64,000 bases of DNA from a virus, in the IMG/VR virus record IMGVR_UViG_3300035698_014070, positions 10,229 through 74,228 of that record; one strand, 5' to 3'. Of this stretch, positions 57,042 to 64,000 are shown piece after piece. Every line of letters starts with the position of its first letter. Position 1 is the stretch's first letter. Below the pieces are notes generated by a model. It saw nothing but the letters and a program-made list of their open reading frames with translations, had not been told where the DNA came from and did not search any database. Made by a program: the position numbers and the translations under genes.

Positions 57042-57574
57042 TGAGTGCAAAAAAATATAATGTTTGTTGTGAATATATTGTAAAAGAAGAAGAGATTCTT
57101 GTATTTACTGATCCTACTTCATCAACTACCACAACTACCACAACTACAACTACAACCACTACGACCACCACAACTACGACTACAACTACCACAACTACGA
57201 CTACAACTACCACAACTACGACTACAACTACCACAACTACAACATCTTCTACAACAACTCCTACAACAACTCCATATATACCTACTTTATGCTGTCCTGA
57301 TTCTATAGAACAACCATTTATAATGCCAACAAGTACATGTAGTGAAAGTGAATGTTTGTTTGAATGTGAATATTATTCGTTTATTTCTTCATGTGAGAGT
57401 TTCGGACATCCAAACGAAGAAATGTGTTGCGCAGAATTTACTTGTGAATATGATGAAAGTTACTGTTATAAAATAGATGATTGTTGGAGTGTTTGGTGTA
57501 TTGATCCTGAATGTTGGATTTGTATTCAAGAAATGCTTTATAATACATGTGTTGATTGTATTATTATTGATTAA
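57041..57574 (+). CDS. Mucin-like protein: 40 consecutive Thr plus Cys-rich acidic domain
   Basis: ACN codons at 57125-57244, partly as a 21-nt tandem unit. Confidence 0.7.
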   Translation: MSAKKYNVCCEYIVKEEEILVFTDPTSSTTTTTTTTTTTTTTTTTTTTTTTTTTTTTTTTTTTTTTTTSSTTTPTTTPYIPTLCCPDSIEQPFIMPTSTCSESECLFECEYYSFISSCESFGHPNEEMCCAEFTCEYDESYCYKIDDCWSVWCIDPECWICIQEMLYNTCVDCIIID

Positions 57575-57589
57575 TACTAGGAGATTTAA

Positions 57590-58009
57590 ATGCTTTCATG
57601 TCAAGATATACATAAAAGAGAAGGAGTGTTTATTTGTAAAATAGCTGCTAATATTACAGGTATTCCTGTAGGATGTACTGAAAATTTATGTAATATCTGT
57701 AATGGAACTAATCAAGATGTTATAAAAAAAGTTTGTTTACTTGGAATGAAAATTGGAATAATTCATCCTATAAATAAATTAAAAGAAAGAGGAAGATTTA
57801 TATCAAAAGAAAAAGAATTAGAGTGGGAAGATACAGTTTTAAAAGCTAGAGAATTTTATACTTTATTAAAAGAAGTCCGTAATGATAATAAAAAGGCTAA
57901 ATCTGAAATGCAAGGAACTTTATTAATAGCAGCTAAACATGGTGTAAATGAAATTAGTTTAATGAATATAACTAAAGATTTAAAATTAGATAATAAAGGA
58001 AGTATTTAA
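57590..58009 (+). CDS. Cys-containing hypothetical protein
   Basis: AGGAG SD. Confidence 0.55.
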   Translation: MLSCQDIHKREGVFICKIAANITGIPVGCTENLCNICNGTNQDVIKKVCLLGMKIGIIHPINKLKERGRFISKEKELEWEDTVLKAREFYTLLKEVRNDNKKAKSEMQGTLLIAAKHGVNEISLMNITKDLKLDNKGSI

Positions 58010-59205
58010 TGAGTTTTTCTGATGAATTAAAATCAGCTATAAAAGCACATAATGAAGGAAGAACGCCCAGTATTCAAAAAATGGGTATAAATTATGCACA
58101 ATATATGACATCAAAATATATACGTAAATTGTTAGGTAAAGAAACTAAAGCAAATTCTAAAGATTATAAACAAAAAATGGAAATATGCAAAAATTGTTCT
58201 GATGGAGTTGAAGAAGAAGATGGAAAAATACGATGCAAGTACTGTGGGTGTAATATGGGTGAAAAAAATAAATACGTATATTCTATATGTAAACATCCAA
58301 ATGGATCAAAGTTTATGTTAGATGATTTAGTTAGTATAATTATTCCAGTGTATAATGAACCATATATAGAAAAGACAATAGATAGTTTATTTGAAACAGC
58401 AATAGGACAAATAGAAGTAATAGTAGTAATTGATGGAACAAAAGAAAAAATTAAAAAAAGAGAAGGAGTAAAAATAGTTAGACTTAAAAAAAATATGGGT
58501 GAACGTTATGTAGTTAATAAAGGAGTTAAAAAAGCTTCTGGAAAATATTTATTCAGAGTAGATGCACATTGTAAAATGGACACAATTGGTTGGGATTTAA
58601 AATTAAAAGAAGTATGCGAAGAAAAAACAATAGTTACATGTAGATTATTAGCATTAAATAAAAAAGCGTGGAAAAATGATGTGAATCATTATTACGGTTT
58701 TGTTTATATGAGTACAGATTTTGAAGAAAAATGGAATAATGGAGATATGAAAATAATTCCATATTCAAAAGATGTATATGAGCAGATGTGTTTTACTGGA
58801 TGTGGTTGGATGATTCGTAAAGATTATTATTGGGAATTAGGTGGTCATGATGAAGCACTATACCGTTTTGGCAGAATTGGTCCAGAATGGTGTTTAAAAA
58901 CATGGTTAACTGGAGGAAAAATATTATATAGAGATGATATTTGGCTTGGACATTCATTTACAGAAGCAGATGAAAATGGAGAATATCCACCAGATCCAGT
59001 TCATGGACCAAATGTTATAAAAGTATCACAAGATTTGTGGCATAAATGGGTTTTACAATATCAACCAAATCAAATTCACGGTATAGAATGGCTGATTGGA
59101 AAATTTGAACCAACTGGATGGGAAAAATCTCATATAAGTGTAGCATTAACTCCTGTAGGAATAACTATACAAAGAACCATAAAAGTAGAACAAAAAAGTG
59201 ATTGA
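58009..59205 (+). CDS. GT-A glycosyltransferase resembling polypeptide GalNAc transferases, with N-terminal Cys-rich domain
   Basis: SIIIPVYNE, FRVDAHC (DxH), WMIRKDYYWELGGHD...WLTGG...GHSF. Confidence 0.8.
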   Translation: MSFSDELKSAIKAHNEGRTPSIQKMGINYAQYMTSKYIRKLLGKETKANSKDYKQKMEICKNCSDGVEEEDGKIRCKYCGCNMGEKNKYVYSICKHPNGSKFMLDDLVSIIIPVYNEPYIEKTIDSLFETAIGQIEVIVVIDGTKEKIKKREGVKIVRLKKNMGERYVVNKGVKKASGKYLFRVDAHCKMDTIGWDLKLKEVCEEKTIVTCRLLALNKKAWKNDVNHYYGFVYMSTDFEEKWNNGDMKIIPYSKDVYEQMCFTGCGWMIRKDYYWELGGHDEALYRFGRIGPEWCLKTWLTGGKILYRDDIWLGHSFTEADENGEYPPDPVHGPNVIKVSQDLWHKWVLQYQPNQIHGIEWLIGKFEPTGWEKSHISVALTPVGITIQRTIKVEQKSD

Positions 59206-59957
59206 TGATTTCAAATAATTTACAAGTTACAGTTATTTGTTTAACTTATGGTGATCATAAGCGTTTAACTGAAGAAGCAATACAATCTGTTTTATTACAA
59301 AATTATCCTTATGTACATTTTATGCTATGTAATACTCACATTGATCCTGTTGTAATTAATACAAAACATCAAAATATTACTATTTTTAATATAAAAGATG
59401 TTTTTACTACGTTACGTGCTAAATATTTATACATGCTAAAAAAAATAACAACTCCTTTTTGGTGCGTTTTAGATGATGACGATATTATATTACCTCATTT
59501 TATTTCCGTGTTAGTGCGTTCATTCAAAAAACAACAAGTAGCTATAAGCAGCGAAGAAAAACTTTTACGAATTGGATATAATCACCATTATTTTATGAAT
59601 TCAAATAAAATAACAAAGCGTAATGCAACTTGGACATCATATATATATGAAAAACCAAATAATTTTTTATTAAATTATTTACAAAATTCGTTAAATACAG
59701 ATAAAAAAGTGAATGGCTTTGATCAAATTTTATTTAATTGGAAGAATTGGAATACGCTAGATTCAATAAAAGAAAAAATATGTGGTTATATTTACCGTTG
59801 GGGAACAGGCTCTTTTCATATTTCTGGTTCTGGAGGGCACAAAGAAGTGTATGATATAAATAGAAAAAAAGTAAGCACAAATAGAATAAAAGAATCTTTT
59901 CAACCGCATTGGGATATAGATTATAATAAAAAAATATTAGAATGGGAAAATTTATAA
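59202..59957 (+). CDS. GT2-like glycosyltransferase
   Basis: VICLTY, EAIQSVLLQNYP, LDDDD, YIYRWG. Confidence 0.75.
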   Translation: MMISNNLQVTVICLTYGDHKRLTEEAIQSVLLQNYPYVHFMLCNTHIDPVVINTKHQNITIFNIKDVFTTLRAKYLYMLKKITTPFWCVLDDDDIILPHFISVLVRSFKKQQVAISSEEKLLRIGYNHHYFMNSNKITKRNATWTSYIYEKPNNFLLNYLQNSLNTDKKVNGFDQILFNWKNWNTLDSIKEKICGYIYRWGTGSFHISGSGGHKEVYDINRKKVSTNRIKESFQPHWDIDYNKKILEWENL

Positions 59958-59970
59958 AAAATAATTTTAT

Positions 59971-59998
59971 TTTACTTTTTTATTTTTCAGTGTATAAT
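59971..59998 (+). promoter_or_regulatory. Possible sigma70-type promoter
   Basis: TTTACT-16 nt-TATAAT in an AT-rich intergenic gap. Confidence 0.4.
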
Positions 59999-60015
59999 TA
60001 ATATAAAGTAGAACT

Positions 60016-60843
60016 ATGAACATAGTATTTCCAAAAAATAATGGTCAACATTATTATAATATACATTATAGATATATATTAAATATTTTACGTAATATTC
60101 CAGAAGTAAACATTTCATTAACTGAACTTCCTGAAGATTTAGGCAATACTGCCTTTAAATGTTATATAGACGGTAAATTAGTTATCTTTAGTTTTACTGA
60201 TAATATGTATCGTTTTGGAAATTCAGAACAAACAGCATTAAATTTAATTACTGATATTCCAATATTTAAATTTCATTACGGTGTTGATAATAACTTTTCA
60301 GATAACGTTATACCTTTTACACCAGTGAGTTTTCATAATTGGAAAGTGTTTTTTGAAAATGCTAATGAAATTAACTATAGTTGCAATTCAAATATTATAT
60401 TAAATAATCAAGCTCTTTCTGGTGGAGCGAAACAAAGACGAGAATTTGTCAGAGTATTATTAAAACAAAAGTATATGGATTTAGTTGATATTTCAATATA
60501 TCCAAAATTAGATTATTGGAAAAAAATTAATAACTGTCTTGTTTCTGTATGTGTTCCTGGTTATTGTAATAATATGTTAGATCGAGGTCATATTCAGTTT
60601 ATGGCTTTTGGTGCATGTACCATATCTCCACACTTACCTGAAATTCTTCCTTTTAATGCTACTTTAATTCCTGATGTTCATTATATAATGTGTAAAGATG
60701 ATTATTCAGATCTTATAAGTAAAATTGAATGGTGTAAAAATAATACGTCTTCTTGTGTTGAAATCGGTAATGCTGCTAGCAAATTATTTAATCAGATTGG
60801 AACTCCTAATAATCTTTGGAATTGGATAATTAAAAATGTCTGA
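60016..60843 (+). CDS. GT-B-like glycosyltransferase (CgeB-type C-terminus)
   Basis: VPG...DR...MAFG...P.VHYI..K.DYSDL..KIEW.....IG..A. Confidence 0.65.
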   Translation: MNIVFPKNNGQHYYNIHYRYILNILRNIPEVNISLTELPEDLGNTAFKCYIDGKLVIFSFTDNMYRFGNSEQTALNLITDIPIFKFHYGVDNNFSDNVIPFTPVSFHNWKVFFENANEINYSCNSNIILNNQALSGGAKQRREFVRVLLKQKYMDLVDISIYPKLDYWKKINNCLVSVCVPGYCNNMLDRGHIQFMAFGACTISPHLPEILPFNATLIPDVHYIMCKDDYSDLISKIEWCKNNTSSCVEIGNAASKLFNQIGTPNNLWNWIIKNV

Positions 60844-61486
60844 TAGTATATACGTTATTGGTGGTGGACCATCTTTATTGAATTTTGATTTTAATCGTCT
60901 TAGATACAAAAATACTATTGTTATAAACAACGCTATTTTTAATGTTCCATTAGCTAATTATTTTATTACACTGGATTATACATTTTTCAGAAAAATAGAT
61001 ATATCAAAGTTTAATGCATATAAAACAAAAGAAAATATTTTCGTGTATAATTTTTCTAATTCTGATTTACAACAAGCAGAAACTGGAGTATTTGATTCGC
61101 GATGTAAAATAAAATATGACTTTACAAATAAACAAATAAATTCATTTGTATCTAGTAATGAAGTAACTGGCTTTGGTTATTCATATGAAGATTTTAGAAA
61201 TGGAGATAACAGTGGATATTGCGGTTTACAACTTGCAATTATATTAGGATACAAAGAAATAAAACTACTGGGATTTGATTTAAATTTTAGCGAAAACATA
61301 ACGCATTTTCATACTAATTATAGAACAAACGCAGTAAGATTTAAAGATAAATTAGATATGTATTACAAAACTTTTGTAACTGGTTTATCTCAATTACATG
61401 GTACTGATATCAATGTTTATTCATTAACAGAAAATGGAAGATTAAATAACGTTATACCATATATATCTGTTGAGGATGATTTATGA
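60836..61486 (+). CDS. Maf/DUF115-like (sialyltransferase-fold) transferase
   Basis: VIGGGPSL, IVIN, NSGY..LQLAIILGYKEIKLLGFD, HFH. Confidence 0.7.
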   Translation: MSDSIYVIGGGPSLLNFDFNRLRYKNTIVINNAIFNVPLANYFITLDYTFFRKIDISKFNAYKTKENIFVYNFSNSDLQQAETGVFDSRCKIKYDFTNKQINSFVSSNEVTGFGYSYEDFRNGDNSGYCGLQLAIILGYKEIKLLGFDLNFSENITHFHTNYRTNAVRFKDKLDMYYKTFVTGLSQLHGTDINVYSLTENGRLNNVIPYISVEDDL

Positions 61487-62547
61487 ATGTTGTAACTATT
61501 ACTGGAATACGCCCTGATTTTATAAGAATGTCTGAAATATTTAAGAAATTAGATAAAAATTTCAAACATACGCTTATTCATACAGGTCAGCATTATGATA
61601 AGATGTTATCAGAAATATTTTTTCATGAATTAGATATACGAAAACCAGATTATCAGTTAACTATGGGTGGAGCTAATAAAGAACATTTTCATCAACTGAG
61701 CTATTTATCTACAGCTATTATAGAATTATTTAGATCTGAAAATATAAAACCAGATATAGTTTTATTTTTAGGTGATTCTAATTCTGTGTGTGCAGCATTA
61801 CCATTAAAAAAAGAAGGATACAGAATTGGTCACATAGAAGCAGGTATGCGAAGTGGTGATAAGCGTATGCTAGAAGAAATAAACAGAATTACATGTGATC
61901 ATTGTAGTGATATTTTGTTTACATATCATAATAATTATACAACTAATTTAATACGTGAAAACATAAGTAGTTGTAATATTTACAACGTTGGCAATAATAT
62001 TGTAGAACCATGTAAGAAAATTATAGATAAATATTTAATTGAACCAGTTACGTGTGATTACATATTAGTAGATATACATAGACCAGAAAATTTTCTGTAC
62101 AAAAATCGATTAGTAAAAATAATAGAATTTGTAAAAGAAGCATCATATAAGTTTAAAGTGCCTATTAAGATGGTGAGGTTTAAACGTACGTTTGAGTGTA
62201 TTGAAAAATATAATATTGATATGAGTGGAATTGACGTATATGGTCTTATGTCATATGTGAACTTCATTAAGGCACAGTATAATAGTTTATTTATAATATC
62301 AGACTCCGGCACTGCTCAGGAGGAACCAGCCCTATTAAACACGCCTGTATTAGTTCCGCGTGATTACACAGAAAGACCAGAATCTATAGAGCACAATTGT
62401 TCTAAAATGGTAGATGTATTTAATGATACTAATAAATATATGTCATTACAGTGGATTTCTAGTCAGTTAAATGTTTCAAGAATAGATTCATCGTGGTTAG
62501 GCAACGGGTGTACATCCGATTTAATTGTAGAACGGTTAAAAAGATAA
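61483..62547 (+). CDS. wecB: UDP-N-acetylglucosamine 2-epimerase
   Basis: GIRPDFIRM, HTGQHYD, GDSNS, HIEAGMRS, EEINR, HRPEN, SDSGTAQEE, RDYTERPE. Confidence 0.92.
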   Translation: MNVVTITGIRPDFIRMSEIFKKLDKNFKHTLIHTGQHYDKMLSEIFFHELDIRKPDYQLTMGGANKEHFHQLSYLSTAIIELFRSENIKPDIVLFLGDSNSVCAALPLKKEGYRIGHIEAGMRSGDKRMLEEINRITCDHCSDILFTYHNNYTTNLIRENISSCNIYNVGNNIVEPCKKIIDKYLIEPVTCDYILVDIHRPENFLYKNRLVKIIEFVKEASYKFKVPIKMVRFKRTFECIEKYNIDMSGIDVYGLMSYVNFIKAQYNSLFIISDSGTAQEEPALLNTPVLVPRDYTERPESIEHNCSKMVDVFNDTNKYMSLQWISSQLNVSRIDSSWLGNGCTSDLIVERLKR

Positions 62548-63290
62548 TGTTGTCAATATTAATCACATCATTTAATAGATCACAACTTTTAACTATACAT
62601 TTAAATCGATTAGTTGAACAAGTAAAGAATTTTGAATATGAAATTATTGTAATAAATGATGGTATTGAAGATGAAACAAAAAAACTGTGCGATAAATATA
62701 CAGATAAATTAAATATTAAATACTTATTTACAGGACAAAGAAATGATAATGGATTAATATGGAGAGTTCCTGGTTTTCCTCTTAATATTGGTTTTAAGTA
62801 CTGTTGCGGAGAATACGTAATTATTACATGTGCTGAGATGTACCCAGTTGAAGATGATGTAATACAATGTATATATGATACATTAGTAAGCAACCCCCGT
62901 TGTCTTGTACACACTGAAGGTAGAATGGATGGTGGTAGATACTTACGTAATCTTATACAAAACAATAATCATAGTCAAGAAATATATGATAATCTTATGA
63001 GTTTACATACACAATATCCGTTTTACGTAGGTTTACCTAAAAAAGAAGCATTAGATATAGGCGGATACGATGAAGATTTCACAGGTGTTGGATGGGATGA
63101 TACAGATTTTATAAGAAGATTAGTACAAAATGGAAGTAAATGGGAATTTGTGTATAGAAAAGTAGTACATTTAAAGCATAAAAGAAAACGCGTTATAGGT
63201 TGTCCAGCGTGGAAATATAATGAAGCACTTTATAAGCATAGAGAAAATGTAATTGTTAGAAATACTGGGCGTGAATGGGGCGTGTTATGA
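62547..63290 (+). CDS. GT2 glycosyltransferase
   Basis: Start reassigned to 62547; SILITSFNR, EIIVINDG, IGGYDEDF.GVGWDDTDF. Confidence 0.85.
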   Translation: MLSILITSFNRSQLLTIHLNRLVEQVKNFEYEIIVINDGIEDETKKLCDKYTDKLNIKYLFTGQRNDNGLIWRVPGFPLNIGFKYCCGEYVIITCAEMYPVEDDVIQCIYDTLVSNPRCLVHTEGRMDGGRYLRNLIQNNNHSQEIYDNLMSLHTQYPFYVGLPKKEALDIGGYDEDFTGVGWDDTDFIRRLVQNGSKWEFVYRKVVHLKHKRKRVIGCPAWKYNEALYKHRENVIVRNTGREWGVL

Positions 63291-64000
63291 AAATGTCTAT
63301 ATTAATAACTTGTTTTCAAAGAAGTCATTTATTACGCTGGCATTTTGATCGTTTAATAAAACAGCATGGTATAGAAGATTGTGAAATAATTGTATTAAAT
63401 GATGGAATACAAGATAGTACTGAACAGGTGTGTATAGAATTTAATGATAGATTAAATATAAAATACATTTTTACAGGACAACGAAATACTCCAACTATAA
63501 AATGGAGAATTCCTGGATTTTGTTTAAATGTAGGAATAAAACAAGCTTCTTATGATTTTATGATAATTAGTTGCGCTGAAATGTATTTAGTTGAAGATGA
63601 TATAATACAAGCAATATTTGATACATTATCAATAAACAGTAGACAACTTGTTATTACTGAAGGTAAAGAAGATAGAAAAAGATATTTTCTTAAATATTTA
63701 GAACAAACAAACGGTATGTATAGTGCAAATATATATAATAAATTATGTGGATTAGGTACATTTCTTCCATTTTATATGGGTTTGTCAAAAAATGAGTTGA
63801 TGCATATTGGGGGATTTGACGAAGATTTTATTGGTAATGCTTGGGATGATAACGATATAATAAGTAGACTTCAAAAAGTTGGATGTATGTATAATAAACT
63901 TGATAATAAACATGTTGTTCATTTATATCATAAAAGAAGGCACTCTATGGTTGGTCACGACATTAATAAAAAATTATATGAAGATAGAATAAATACAATA
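63287..64000 (+). CDS. GT2 glycosyltransferase paralog (3' truncated, not in ORF track)
   Basis: Manual translation MKMSILITCFQRS...EIIVLNDG...WRIPGF...IGGFDEDFIGNAWDDND. Confidence 0.85.
   Translation, partial: MKMSILITCFQRSHLLRWHFDRLIKQHGIEDCEIIVLNDGIQDSTEQVCIEFNDRLNIKYIFTGQRNTPTIKWRIPGFCLNVGIKQASYDFMIISCAEMYLVEDDIIQAIFDTLSINSRQLVITEGKEDRKRYFLKYLEQTNGMYSANIYNKLCGLGTFLPFYMGLSKNELMHIGGFDEDFIGNAWDDNDIISRLQKVGCMYNKLDNKHVVHLYHKRRHSMVGHDINKKLYEDRINTI

Noticed and set aside
57025-57308. Poly-Val minus-strand ORF and LQLPQ-repeat ORF
   Set aside because: Both are shadow frames of the ACN (Thr) repeat.
23-62965. Minus-strand and nested ORFs in the track (e.g. 33749..34357, 25364..25792, 62459..62965)
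   Set aside because: They overlap well-supported + strand genes and show no recognisable motifs.
1-64000. Alternative genetic code (stop reassignment)
   Set aside because: Conserved genes are full length in code 11, and TAA, TAG and TGA all end genes at sensible, coupled positions.
1-64000. tRNA or rRNA genes
   Set aside because: No cloverleaf or T-loop signatures were seen in the few intergenic gaps by eye; tRNAscan-SE would confirm.

Overview
This window is the virion-morphogenesis region of a large, AT-rich, T4-like contractile-tailed (myovirus/jumbo-type) phage. Essentially all real genes are on the + strand. Order: terminase large subunit (3' part), phage sigma factor, about 6 kb of small accessory ORFs, T4 gp20-like portal, a cluster of putative head-internal proteins, a higher-GC block of large surface/fibre-like proteins (one with a lipoprotein signal and a dockerin-like loop), scaffold, gp21-like prohead protease, gp23-like major capsid gene split by a group I intron carrying a NUMOD3/TnsA-type endonuclease, neck, more internal/polyvalent proteins, sheath, tubes, chaperone, tape measure, baseplate and fibre genes, and a glycosylation cluster. 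Main discovery: nine otherwise unrelated proteins end in the same C-terminal pentapeptide, SLRDI (or T-/-F variant), encoded by synonymous codon variants. Most also start with an M-x-x-L-I-E-Q-L...E leader. The putative scaffold carries the peptide internally, and two orphan copies lie between genes. This suggests an undescribed two-ended capsid-cargo tagging or cassette system. Also notable: a 2H-phosphoesterase/SLT/nucleotidyltransferase polyprotein, and a 40-Thr mucin-like protein near a ppGalNAc-T-like glycosyltransferase. All family assignments come from motif recognition by eye, not from database searches.
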